DNA of 37,839 nt from an uncultured Gammaproteobacteria bacterium (GCA_964582845.1 CAZOTW010000005.1:1-37839); one strand, 5' to 3'; positions 23,567 through 32,808 are shown, numbered from the stretch's first letter. A program made the numbers and translations. The notes: generated by a model from the letters alone, not told the origin.

Positions 23567-23932
23567 TTATCTGGCTGTTAAAAAGTTTACATCGAAAGAG
23601 TATCTATAGTGCTGAGTTTCAGCGTCTTTACTTTCTCCGCGCCAAGAAACTACATGCGCATTAGGTTCAATGGCGTCGCGTAATGTTTCCGCAGAATTTC
23701 TTGCCGAAGCCGCCGTTTTTCCGTACACGTCAACCTGAACCAAATACGTATCCATGTCGGGAGAGTTACCCATATAGTTTTCAGGGGTACCGCCTACGAC
23801 CTGCCAAACAGCATACGGAAGCACCGTCATTTCTGGTGCCCCCCCGAATGGAAAAACCCTTACCGGACTTGTCCCGAACGATGTCTGAACATCGCCGTCA
23901 ATTGATACTATTGCAAACAGTGGCGGATACAT
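23567..23932 (-). CDS. Tail terminator / tail completion protein (DUF3168-like)
   Basis: 121 aa. VFPFGGAP...LPYAVWQVVGG...VQVDVYGKT resembles the DUF3168 / gpU-position family. Confidence 0.7.
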   Translation of the reverse strand: MYPPLFAIVSIDGDVQTSFGTSPVRVFPFGGAPEMTVLPYAVWQVVGGTPENYMGNSPDMDTYLVQVDVYGKTAASARNSAETLRDAIEPNAHVVSWRGESKDAETQHYRYSFDVNFLTAR

Positions 23933-24408
23933 TACGCCGCCACCTTTGCCGCTTTTTTTATTGCGCGGTCGATTGATTTTTTGTACTGTTCGACAAATTC
24001 GCCGGTAGCCGAAGAAATATTACTTTCAAGCGCTGGCCTCATAAACGGATCTGCTGGCATTCTTTCAGTTCCGAATTCCAATAGTCGCCAGTGCGGAGTT
24101 GGTGCGTTCGGCGAAACATCTCCACCATCCTTCAAAAGTGACCCGTGCTTTACTCCTACGCGAAACATAAGATTTCCGTTTCGCTTGAAGGTCCGATTGC
24201 TAAATCTTACGGCGATATTGTCGGAAATACTTCTGCCTGTTTTCGGATCATCGATTCTTTCCGCACCTTGCTTTGCTGCCTTGGCAACAACGTTTGCCGC
24301 TCTCCTGAGTGCAAATCTTCCACCCTTATATTTAACATCGTTTGTTATCGATGCAAACCTGCCTAATAATTCATCGATTCCTTGCAGCCCGAATTCTGTT
24401 TTATTCAT
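23932..24408 (-). CDS. HK97 gp10-like neck protein
   Basis: RRAANVVAKAAKQ ... HWRLLEFGTERMPADPFMRPA matches the gp10 family signature (EFGT...PF.rPa). Confidence 0.8.
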   Translation of the reverse strand: MNKTEFGLQGIDELLGRFASITNDVKYKGGRFALRRAANVVAKAAKQGAERIDDPKTGRSISDNIAVRFSNRTFKRNGNLMFRVGVKHGSLLKDGGDVSPNAPTPHWRLLEFGTERMPADPFMRPALESNISSATGEFVEQYKKSIDRAIKKAAKVAA

Positions 24409-24739
24409 CTGTCACCTCTGCAAGCATCAGCGTTAAATATTCAAGCCCGGATTCCTTATCCGGCAGCGGTGGCCCGACTATCTCATACAATTTACTTCGG
24501 AAAGAAATACGCATTGCAGCGGTTACGTCAGAACGGTAACGAATAACGGAGCGTACCGACGTTTGACTCTGATTACTCGATGCTGCAATAAACTCCTTTG
24601 TTGAATACGGCTCAAACGATCCCCACACAATCGCAAGTTCCGACCATACTGTTTCCATATCGCCAGTATCTGAATCCTGCTCCTGATCCAGTTCAAGTAT
24701 CGTTAAACGATGCCTTAATTTTCCTGCTTCAAGCGGCAA
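24401..24739 (-). CDS. Head-tail adaptor (head closure, HK97 gp9 / SPP1 gp16-like)
   Basis: GKLRHRLTILE...VWSELAIVWGSFEP...VIRYRSDVTAAMRI...LYEIVG follows the Phage_H_T_join pattern. Confidence 0.8.
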   Translation of the reverse strand: MPLEAGKLRHRLTILELDQEQDSDTGDMETVWSELAIVWGSFEPYSTKEFIAASSNQSQTSVRSVIRYRSDVTAAMRISFRSKLYEIVGPPLPDKESGLEYLTLMLAEVTDE

Positions 24740-25439
24740 CGTTCACCCCGCTGATAATCCATTTTTTATAAATATCAATATCATTTCCAATCCAAGATCT
24801 TAAATCCATTGGATCGCCGAATGTATCTCGATGTCCTACCCCTATACCCTTCCTGCCGGGCAACCCTTTTATACCAACAACCATGCGGGTATTTTTTATA
24901 ATTTTTTTACTCCCCTTGAACATTCTCCATAAATGTATGTCAATAAATTTATGGTTGATTTTTGCCATACCTTTAAAACAATTTATCGCATTACCCTTCA
25001 TAGCGGTACTGCAAAGCCCTGAATGGATATCATTATCGCACAATCTACCACGTCCAGTGCTAACGTTATAATAAGCAGCCGGAGATTCACCAACAAGGTC
25101 AAAATTTAAAATATTTTCATAAACTACGCTTAAATATTCCGGCGAATACCAGTCGTCATCTTCAATAACAACCAGCCTGTTTTCGTTTTTAACAAGTCCT
25201 AAACACGCAAGAATATTTCTCGCCTGTGTATTTGATCCGGTTTTCCAAAACGGTTTAGGCCGAACTGACTCTATGGTCCATCCTTGTCTTAAAAATGTAA
25301 TTGGTTGTTCGATTGTACCGTCATCGACAACAATCCATCGTACTGATCCTGTAAACGTCTGTCTAAACATCAGAGATTCACAAATAGACCACGCTTCTGG
25401 ACGTTCCCCTGTGGTTGTCAACAGTGTCAAATCTTCCAT
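24729..25439 (-). CDS. GT-A fold glycosyltransferase (family-2-like)
   Basis: RWIVVDDGT and LVVIEDDDWY (DXD) motifs. Its stop overlaps the adaptor start by 11 nt. Confidence 0.75.
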   Translation of the reverse strand: MEDLTLLTTTGERPEAWSICESLMFRQTFTGSVRWIVVDDGTIEQPITFLRQGWTIESVRPKPFWKTGSNTQARNILACLGLVKNENRLVVIEDDDWYSPEYLSVVYENILNFDLVGESPAAYYNVSTGRGRLCDNDIHSGLCSTAMKGNAINCFKGMAKINHKFIDIHLWRMFKGSKKIIKNTRMVVGIKGLPGRKGIGVGHRDTFGDPMDLRSWIGNDIDIYKKWIISGVNVAA

Positions 25440-26053
25440 TACAATACGTCCTTTAATTCAGCGCGGTAGTACAGCGGTAAAGATGTTTCACGCGAACAAT
25501 TGATTACCATAACTCCAAGTCTTTTAAAATCACTATATGCGGCAGTAAAATGATCAATCCATTTCGGAAAATTAAAATCCTTTCTGAGTGGATCTTCGTG
25601 CGCACCGTGCCAATGGGCCGTCCCGTATTTATCGTTCATATCGTAGCCAAGCAGTATTATTTTTTTTGCACCGAATTGATGTGCCAACCCTACAGCGCAA
25701 AAACCAGAGTTTCCACCCCAAGAAATAATACCTGGCTTATTGCTCAAACCTTTAATTTTTTTATTGTACGGACAATGATGAATATAGTCGTTTATGTACT
25801 CACTATACCCTGTCCATAGCTCACCTTTACATGTGTTCATTATATCTCGAAAATGAACATTCCACCAGTCGTGATCGCTTGAGTAATGAACATTGGCCCA
25901 TGGAGCTAGCCTGTACGTTGAATTTACAGTAATAACCTTTGCTTTATATCTACAATACTCAGCGTCCTCGCTTGTCATGCTTGGCCCGCTTGCCATGCAT
26001 ACAACCGTCTCGCCTCTCCATCGCTTCCAATATTTACGATCAAATTTTATCAT
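25439..26053 (-). CDS. Maf / CstII-like (DUF115, MptE-like fold) putative glycosyltransferase, paralog 1
   Basis: The motif series is VCMASGPSMT, VITVNS, GGNSGFCAVGLAHQFGAKKIILLGYDM and HWHGAH. It shares an identical 18-nt stretch (25598-25615) with paralog 2 (26792-26809). Confidence 0.65.
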   Translation of the reverse strand: MIKFDRKYWKRWRGETVVCMASGPSMTSEDAEYCRYKAKVITVNSTYRLAPWANVHYSSDHDWWNVHFRDIMNTCKGELWTGYSEYINDYIHHCPYNKKIKGLSNKPGIISWGGNSGFCAVGLAHQFGAKKIILLGYDMNDKYGTAHWHGAHEDPLRKDFNFPKWIDHFTAAYSDFKRLGVMVINCSRETSLPLYYRAELKDVL

Positions 26054-26624
26054 TGCAAAAATTCCTATCAGGCTTTTTGGCTACTGCAAAAATTTGATGC
26101 GGAGCATTTTTTAAAAAAATAGTATCATCATGATTCTTTAAATGAAGAACTTCGTTTCCACCATATTTTGTATTTATGTCAACAAATCCTGCATCTGAAA
26201 GCAGCGTTTTTAAACCTGAATCAGTATACCTGTAATAATCATCTGGGTAGCCATGAACATGAAAGCAGAACAGAGTGGTAATAATTATTGTTCCGCCGGG
26301 CTGAAGAACTCGGAACATCTCTGGAATTGCAATCCACGGTCTTTTGACGTGCTCCAAAACCTCAGAGCATAATATACCTGTAAATTTATTTGACCAATCG
26401 ACAGGAAGCGAATGGGTGTCGGCAACAACATCAACACCATACCCTTCCTGCATATCAATTCCGGTCCAATTTCCTGTTGCTAAATCATGATTATTTATCC
26501 ACCAGCAATCAGGATTATGAAGCCTACTGCCAACTTCGAGAACATTATCGCCAAGTTCAGATGAGAACCTCTCAATCCACCACCGTATTCGTCCGCGAAT
26601 GCTATCAATTGGCATTTTGTTCAT
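26040..26624 (-). CDS. Class I SAM-dependent methyltransferase
   Basis: VLEVGSRLH (motif I-like), DVVADTHSLP, ILCSEVLEHV and LQPGGTIIITT follow the Methyltransf_11-type pattern. Confidence 0.8.
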   Translation of the reverse strand: MNKMPIDSIRGRIRWWIERFSSELGDNVLEVGSRLHNPDCWWINNHDLATGNWTGIDMQEGYGVDVVADTHSLPVDWSNKFTGILCSEVLEHVKRPWIAIPEMFRVLQPGGTIIITTLFCFHVHGYPDDYYRYTDSGLKTLLSDAGFVDINTKYGGNEVLHLKNHDDTIFLKNAPHQIFAVAKKPDRNFCNDKI

Positions 26625-27163
26625 ACAAGCATCTCTTCAAGGTTTGCTTGTTCAAAACAACTAAGCTCAGTATATCTGCTACAATTATAAATTTTTATTC
26701 CTTGCTTTTTTGCTATATCAGAAACACGCTTAAATTGATCGTGCCATTTCTCAATTTTCGATACTGTCGGATTCCTCAAAACCGGTTCAGTGTGCGCACC
26801 GTGCCAATGAATGCCGTTTTTAATAGAACAATCGTACCCGAGAAGCGCAATTGATTTAAAGCCCTTTGACATCCCGAATTGTATCGCCCGCATTCCAGAA
26901 TTGTACGGTCCTGCGGCAATGTGGTAGTGCAATTTATATGTGTTAGCGGCTCTGTCGGAGCACGTCCACTTTTCGGCTGGTATATTTATTTTTGAAAAAT
27001 TTGCTTTCCACCATTTAGCGTCACCGGCATATAGGTAGGTGCAAGACTGCGCCATTTCCCATGAATTATTTACAGCAACGGTTTTTATTCCGCTTTTTTT
27101 AACAAGCTCACAATCTGAGGCTGTTAAGCTCGGACCCGATGCTATGCAAAAAAGATCAATCAC
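26621..27163 (-). CDS. Maf / CstII-like (DUF115, MptE-like fold) putative glycosyltransferase, paralog 2
   Basis: GTG start. It carries the same motif series as paralog 1: CIASGPSLT, VAVNNS, YNSGMRAIQFGMSKGFKSIALLGYD and HWHGAH. Confidence 0.65.
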   Translation of the reverse strand: MIDLFCIASGPSLTASDCELVKKSGIKTVAVNNSWEMAQSCTYLYAGDAKWWKANFSKINIPAEKWTCSDRAANTYKLHYHIAAGPYNSGMRAIQFGMSKGFKSIALLGYDCSIKNGIHWHGAHTEPVLRNPTVSKIEKWHDQFKRVSDIAKKQGIKIYNCSRYTELSCFEQANLEEMLV

Positions 27164-27195
27164 GGTATATCTGCCTTAGTTCAATAAATTACTAA

Positions 27196-27804
27196 TCACA
27201 AAAAAGTATCACGCAGAATACAGCTTGATAAAAGATTCGACACTGTTTTGTTTATTTTATAGTCTTCGCTCTTTAAAACTTGGCCCTCTCTGTTTGCATA
27301 CAAGTCGCCACAAATTAATTTAATGGCCTGTTTGTATTTTTTTGGAATCGACGATACTTCGTCGCTATCGTATTCCCACCCGCAGACAAACCGTATTTCG
27401 ATCGGATTTGACGGATACTCGGTAAATGACGGCCATGTGGCGCCATGTGGCAAAACTATTTTACCACACTGATCACCATTCGTCTCGACAATGTAATCGG
27501 TTCCTGCGGTCATAGTCGTTACGGTTCCAGCCGAATCGGTATATTTTACGTGGGCAACACTTTGAAGGTTTCCAAAAGGTATTTTTACATAATTGCTACT
27601 TGGAAAGGCATCAATAAAGTAATTCCACGTTTGAGTAAACAGCTTACGCGAAGTTATGTCTTCTACAATTTCCCTTGCAGCCTCTATTATAGCTAAAAGT
27701 TCAGCGCCGGAATCAGAATCGTACTCATCTATGCGTAAATGAGCAGCCAATTCGGTTAATGAGACGGGTTCTAATCCCGGCGCTGTTTCAATGACAAGAA
27801 CCAT
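27196..27804 (-). CDS. Head-tail connector (gp6-like, Phage_connect_1-type)
   Basis: PVSLTELAAHLRIDE...LLAIIEAAREIVEDITSRKLFTQTW is the typical N-terminal signature. Confidence 0.8.
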   Translation of the reverse strand: MVLVIETAPGLEPVSLTELAAHLRIDEYDSDSGAELLAIIEAAREIVEDITSRKLFTQTWNYFIDAFPSSNYVKIPFGNLQSVAHVKYTDSAGTVTTMTAGTDYIVETNGDQCGKIVLPHGATWPSFTEYPSNPIEIRFVCGWEYDSDEVSSIPKKYKQAIKLICGDLYANREGQVLKSEDYKINKTVSNLLSSCILRDTFL

Positions 27805-27807
27805 ATA

Positions 27808-28347
27808 TTATACTGCGGATTCCGCGTAGGCACCTGTTGACATAGGGACATAAAACAAGTGGGCGGTAGCTGTTATTGTTGCAGCCTGTGAAGCATCACT
27901 TGATTGCATACCTATAACCCCGACCGTATTTGCTCCTGCTGATGTTATTCCACCAAGAATGTGTATTTTCCCTGCCGTTTCAACATCCGACAGCCCTGCC
28001 GAATCAGTAATTACGGCAGCAGTTGCAACAGCGCCACCAGCTAAAACGATTCTTCCATATGCCTCAAGGTTTGCAATACTTGCACATTTGCCACACATGG
28101 CATTTAGGGTGATGACTGGGGTTGTAAATGTCGCATAAAACAATACTTGTGTAGCGTTAGCATCGGCAGCGGCCGTAAGCTCTATAAAAAGCTGTTTTAC
28201 TGCAATGCGTCCGTAAATATTAAACAGACTGGTATTTACTCCGCCAGTGGCGAAGTTAGCGGCAACCAACCCGCTGTTGGTTGTTGAAACACGCAGACCT
28301 AAAATCATGTCCGCTATCCTGTCTCTTGTGGATTGATTATAGTTCAC
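27808..28347 (-). CDS. Ala/Thr/Gly-rich hypothetical head-module protein (179 aa)
   Basis: GTG start with AAGAGG SD. It lies between the capsid and connector genes. No family recognised. Confidence 0.7.
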   Translation of the reverse strand: MNYNQSTRDRIADMILGLRVSTTNSGLVAANFATGGVNTSLFNIYGRIAVKQLFIELTAAADANATQVLFYATFTTPVITLNAMCGKCASIANLEAYGRIVLAGGAVATAAVITDSAGLSDVETAGKIHILGGITSAGANTVGVIGMQSSDASQAATITATAHLFYVPMSTGAYAESAV

Positions 28348-28456
28348 TTTTTACCTCTTTCTTGTCGGCTTTTTTTGGTGAAGAAGATTCTTTGCTTTTG
28401 TTAATCTCCTCTTTTACGATATCCCTGATTCTTTCGAGATCGGTTGCGTCTAACAT
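28337..28456 (-). CDS. Micro-ORF (39 aa, not in ORF track), Lys/Glu-rich
   Basis: ATG 28456 is preceded by GGAGGATATAAA. Translation: MLDATDLERIRDIVKEEINKSKESSSPKKADKKEVKSEL. Confidence 0.4.
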   Translation of the reverse strand: MLDATDLERIRDIVKEEINKSKESSSPKKADKKEVKSEL

Positions 28457-28503
28457 TTTATATCCTCCAAAAAGTATGCGGGATGTTACTCCCGCAAGTT
28501 AAA

Positions 28504-28977
28504 CTACTTCAGAGCAGTTACGGAACGGTTGCCGGTATAGCGAGGTTCAAGAACTGCAACGCAGTGACAAATGCCGGATGATCCTGCTGCCACCGTAACG
28601 GTAAGCCACGGTTTGCTTGCTGCCATTGCCGAAGCGCTGATTTCAACGACGGCCATGAGATTGCTTGCGGCGGTAATCGAAGCCGCAGAAGCGTGAGTAG
28701 TCCACGCAGCGAGAACATCGCACGATGACGCGCTGCCTAGCACTGCCGTACCTATTGCGGCCCCACCCTTTGCGTACTGCAACGGCACTGCGGTTGTTTT
28801 TGCGGCTTCCGTCGCTCCGCACGTCGGGGTGATGGTAATGTCAGTTGTCACAGCGCCGAAGGTAAAAATAAGCGTCGCTCTGTGATAATTTGCCATATTG
28901 ATGCTGTCGCAATCGGTCCCGGTACTCACGTTTGCGCTGTTGAGAATGGGAACGATTTTAAGTTTTTCAGAGAACAT
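28504..28977 (-). CDS. Ala/Thr/Ser-rich hypothetical head-module protein (157 aa), candidate decoration protein
   Basis: AAGGAG SD 7 nt upstream of the ATG. It lies immediately downstream of the major capsid gene. Confidence 0.7.
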   Translation of the reverse strand: MFSEKLKIVPILNSANVSTGTDCDSINMANYHRATLIFTFGAVTTDITITPTCGATEAAKTTAVPLQYAKGGAAIGTAVLGSASSCDVLAAWTTHASAASITAASNLMAVVEISASAMAASKPWLTVTVAAGSSGICHCVAVLEPRYTGNRSVTALK

Positions 28978-29033
28978 TCTAAGGCTCCTTTTTATTTTGT
29001 TTGAAATATCCGGGGTTTCCCCCTGATTATTAA

Positions 29034-30344
29034 TTACGCCCTTGCGTCGAGAGTGATGAAATGTGACAACGTATTGCTACCCTTATGCGGGGTGAGCGGA
29101 GTTGCGCGCCACGGCTGACCGTCGAGACGAAGTACAAACCGAAGTACCGTTTCGTCGTTGACAAATTTTACATGTATTGAAACATCACTCTGCATTCCGC
29201 CCTTTTCAGCGACAATGTACCCATCCTTGAAGTTTGCAAGGATGATGTCGCCCTTGTCGCCGAGCGTCGAACACTGCTCAATGGCATATGCCGGACGACC
29301 GAGTATCGTGTTATACGGGGCGTTGTTAAGGCCGCCAGCAGGCATGAAAACAGGGATTCCGGCGGTACCAGCTGCGATTGTCATGGTAAACAGCTGCGGC
29401 TCGATGTCCTGATTGTAATACCATGCGTAATTCGCCGTTTGTGCAGCAAACCGACGTGAATATATTTTGATAATGTTTTCGGCAAGAATCGTGTCGGCAC
29501 CCTGTCCAGCTTCCTTTGCAACTGAAACGAGACTCCCGGCATTCATAATGCCGAGCATGTTATTTGCCCCTGTTCCGTTAACAAGATCGCCCTGAACCTT
29601 GAAATCAAAAGCGGATCCGAAAGCGTTAGAAATGCGAGCTTCCATTGCGGCAACGTCCATGCGCAGTTCATCGGTAAGATACACCAGACCGATGTACTTT
29701 TTCAACTTCAGTTCGACTTGGCGGAACTTCGGCTTCGACGCAGTTTTTTCGTCGGCCTCATCATTGTTGTAAATGGTAATTCCGCCGAACGTATTTGATG
29801 CCCTGCTGGTTTCATCGTATCCATTGATCGTGATGGAATTGGAATTCGCGGAAATGGGAATTCTTTCGCACTTGCCGAGTATCAGGCTGTTGTCGAAAAG
29901 GTTTTCAGTGAGCTTGTCTGCGTAATCTTTCTGCAACAGGTAACCACCATCGCTCGGAACGGTCTCGCCCATTCCGGTAGCAGCATTGTGCAACCTCGGA
30001 TCAAATGCACCGCCTGGACGACTTGCATTGATCATGGCAGCGATATTTTCACCAAGTGAACCAAACTTGTCTTTCGATCTGCTGTCGCGACCGATATCCA
30101 CACGCTCCGTTTTCGGAACAGTCATTGCATCGCCGGGTTGATTGATTGCATCGGCGATACGGATTTCGCGCTCACGCACCTTGATTTCGTCCTGGATCTC
30201 TTCAACTTTATCGAGAAGTTGATTTTTAAGAGACTTTTCAGCCTCCAAAAGACCGCGATTTTCAGCAGTTGCTTTTGCATCGATATCCGCCGAAGCCTTT
30301 AACAGTTGCTTCAATTCGTCCTTAAGCTGAGTAATAGTTTTCAT
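29034..30344 (-). CDS. Major capsid protein, HK97 family, with N-terminal coiled-coil delta-like domain
   Basis: VPSDGGYLLQKDYADKL..., ...YIGLVYLTDELRMD and the C-terminal GGMQSDVSIHVKFVNDETVLRFVLRLDG follow the HK97 MCP pattern. The first ~100 aa are charged and helical. Confidence 0.93.
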   Translation of the reverse strand: MKTITQLKDELKQLLKASADIDAKATAENRGLLEAEKSLKNQLLDKVEEIQDEIKVREREIRIADAINQPGDAMTVPKTERVDIGRDSRSKDKFGSLGENIAAMINASRPGGAFDPRLHNAATGMGETVPSDGGYLLQKDYADKLTENLFDNSLILGKCERIPISANSNSITINGYDETSRASNTFGGITIYNNDEADEKTASKPKFRQVELKLKKYIGLVYLTDELRMDVAAMEARISNAFGSAFDFKVQGDLVNGTGANNMLGIMNAGSLVSVAKEAGQGADTILAENIIKIYSRRFAAQTANYAWYYNQDIEPQLFTMTIAAGTAGIPVFMPAGGLNNAPYNTILGRPAYAIEQCSTLGDKGDIILANFKDGYIVAEKGGMQSDVSIHVKFVNDETVLRFVLRLDGQPWRATPLTPHKGSNTLSHFITLDARA

Positions 30345-30349
30345 ACAGC

Positions 30350-31327
30350 TTACTCCTTTTTTGTGATTTGTTTTGTTTTTTCCAACAACTCGACGACTGG
30401 ATCAACCAATTTTTTTGCCTGTTCGATATGGTCAACCTCGTCCACCACTTCTGCTTGTGGCTGCTCACCAGCATCTCGCTGATCGGCACCGGCCTCAGTT
30501 TGTGCATCTCGCACATCATGAGTTTCCGGTTCGCTTCGGGCGTCTCGCTCGTCACGAAAAACCTTTGCCACTATATTTTTAGCTCGATTACGGGAATAAC
30601 CGGCATCTCGCAGGTCTTTCTCTAAATCGCGCTCGTTAATCTCTTTTTCATCACCTGAATTCACCTTACTTCGCGCTCGCATGATTTCCGGCACGTTATT
30701 ATATATCGAAAGGTCGTATTTGTTTTCGACCGGATCGCCATCGTATACTCGATCCACAAGGCCAATATCAAGCGCCTCCTGAGCGGTAAACCATGTTTCT
30801 TTGTTCATATAATCAAGAAACTCGGAGGCTTCTTTTCCGGTCTTTTTTGCGTAATCGTTGGCTATTGACTGATTTATTTTTCCGTGAAGATCTATTTCCT
30901 TGCTAATTGTTTCTGCAATTTTATTAAGGTCATCAATGTTGAAATAACCTAACAGGTCGAGAAACGATAGTGCATTGTGAATCATCAAAAATCCGCCATC
31001 AACAATTTCAACCTCATCGGCACCCATAATGAGAAATGATGCCGCAGAAGCTGCGAGACCGTCAACGTGCGCGATTACCTTCGATTTATGCTGCATTATA
31101 GCTGTTTTCATTGCCCGCGCCGTAAAAATGTCGCCGCCGCCAGAATCAACGCGAAGATGGATGGTTTTTGCGGTAATTCCGTTTAACTCCTTGATAAACT
31201 CAGTCGAATCAATCCCAAACCATCCTCCGATGTCACCATACAAGTAAATGGTTGCCTCATCATCTTTGTTCTGCACGTTTATCTTGTTGTCAATTTTTCT
31301 CGATGCCATTTTTCGCATTGTAATCAT
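30350..31327 (-). CDS. ClpP-related (S14/S49-type) prohead maturation protease with charged C-terminal extension
   Basis: IYLYGDIGG ... LRVDSGGGDIF ... VDGLAASAASFLIMGAD ... MIHNA form the protease core. ERDLEKDLRDAGYSRNRAKNIV is the tail motif common in phage proteases. Confidence 0.9.
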   Translation of the reverse strand: MITMRKMASRKIDNKINVQNKDDEATIYLYGDIGGWFGIDSTEFIKELNGITAKTIHLRVDSGGGDIFTARAMKTAIMQHKSKVIAHVDGLAASAASFLIMGADEVEIVDGGFLMIHNALSFLDLLGYFNIDDLNKIAETISKEIDLHGKINQSIANDYAKKTGKEASEFLDYMNKETWFTAQEALDIGLVDRVYDGDPVENKYDLSIYNNVPEIMRARSKVNSGDEKEINERDLEKDLRDAGYSRNRAKNIVAKVFRDERDARSEPETHDVRDAQTEAGADQRDAGEQPQAEVVDEVDHIEQAKKLVDPVVELLEKTKQITKKE

Positions 31328-31341
31328 TTTGAAGTCCTTTT

Positions 31342-32667
31342 TTATGTTGCAAAAAGTCTCATTTTTTTACCGTTTTTAGTTACCGAATTATCATCGATAT
31401 CGTCGGTTTCTTTTTCTGTTTTTACCGATGAAGTATTTTGATTTTTGCTTAGATATTCAGAAAACTTGCTTAATGGTATATTGCCGGTAGGTGCCCATAG
31501 TTCATCGGCAAGTGGATCATCACTCGGATTCATATCCTCTTTTTCCCTTGCCTCATTAGGGGTCATCATCGTATTACCGATCATAATTTTATAGAATTCT
31601 GCCCGTTCTTTGGAGTTTGCCCTTAAAAGCCCTTCTAAGACATGCTTAAAATACAGACCCGATTCATATTGCCTTTTATTTAAAAGCTGAGTGTCGTATA
31701 TTTGCTCAAGGTGAATTGCCCAAGGTAAAATAGTGTCGATTACGTAAGACGCATTTTCAGCCTCAATATTGTTGAAAGACGATTTCGACATATCTTTCAG
31801 TTTATGCGGTGGAATATTAAACCACCGCGCAACATCGGTGATATGATGCTGTTTTGACTCTAAAAACTGCGAATCTTCAGGGGAAAAACCAAGGCTTTTT
31901 ATCTCCATGGCTTCTTCAAGAAGCATTAGTTTATGAGAATTTCCTAAACCGCTATACGTTTCTGTCAGTGACCTTTTTAAATTGTCATGTGCTTGCGCCG
32001 ACATTGCCGGGCCTGGGTGAGACACTACAACCCCAGGATGAGTACCCTTTCCAAAAAAATTGGAAGAGTACGTTTCCATTGCCATTCCCCACCCGATATT
32101 TTTACGTGCCATCGAAATAGGTGAATATCCGACAAGTCCGTCAAAACCAAATCCAGCAATATGTAGTATTTTGTCACGTTTTAGAGGAATATCCTCATTT
32201 CCAACCCTGACTACGTATATAATTTCCCCGTTTTCCATCTTTGGGGATACTCTATTCGGAGTTATCGGCCATAGCTCGACTATATCACCCATGCCATTTG
32301 TTACCTTTTCGGCATACCCATTGCCCCATGTAAGTACATGTGACATCAGGCATTCACGTCCTATTTTTGCGGTCATAAACGGATTGAATTGGGTATGCAT
32401 CACGCGATAGAGACTATTTTCAGTAGCGTATCGCGTCTTTCTTGCCTTGTGTTGTCGTAAATGGAGTGGCAAACTGCCAGAAGTAGATGAAATTTGGTAT
32501 ACAGCGTTCCAAACCGCGCTGTATGTCATCGCGTTGTATTCGTCTACATTTTCACCGGCAGGGGTTTGTGATCCGAAGGTATTCCAAAACGCAGAACTCC
32601 ACGCCTTCGGATCATTAAGGGCAATATCGTTTTTGAACAGCTTTTTAATATTTCCAAAAAATCCCAT
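31342..32667 (-). CDS. Portal protein, HK97 family
   Basis: NPFMTAKIGRECLMSHVLTWGNGYAEK, GYSPISMARKNIGWGMAMETYSSNFFGKGTHPGVV and ITDVARWFNIPPHKL are portal signatures. Confidence 0.93.
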   Translation of the reverse strand: MGFFGNIKKLFKNDIALNDPKAWSSAFWNTFGSQTPAGENVDEYNAMTYSAVWNAVYQISSTSGSLPLHLRQHKARKTRYATENSLYRVMHTQFNPFMTAKIGRECLMSHVLTWGNGYAEKVTNGMGDIVELWPITPNRVSPKMENGEIIYVVRVGNEDIPLKRDKILHIAGFGFDGLVGYSPISMARKNIGWGMAMETYSSNFFGKGTHPGVVVSHPGPAMSAQAHDNLKRSLTETYSGLGNSHKLMLLEEAMEIKSLGFSPEDSQFLESKQHHITDVARWFNIPPHKLKDMSKSSFNNIEAENASYVIDTILPWAIHLEQIYDTQLLNKRQYESGLYFKHVLEGLLRANSKERAEFYKIMIGNTMMTPNEAREKEDMNPSDDPLADELWAPTGNIPLSKFSEYLSKNQNTSSVKTEKETDDIDDNSVTKNGKKMRLFAT

Positions 32668-32775
32668 TAAGTACGCTCAATGATTAAAATGACCTTAATC
32701 GGTCAATTTAACAATAAACATACTTTAAAGTGTACAAATTAAGGATAATTCAATACACTCATGTATAAAAACTGT

Positions 32776-32804
32776 GAAATTTTAGGAAATTTTAGGAAAT
32801 TTAG
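32776..32804. repeat. Three tandem ~10-bp direct repeats (gaaattttag x2 plus gaaatttag)
   Basis: Units at 32776-32785, 32786-32795 and 32796-32804, spaced one helical turn apart. They lie between the terminator and the portal gene. Confidence 0.85.
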
Positions 32805-32808
32805 AGAT

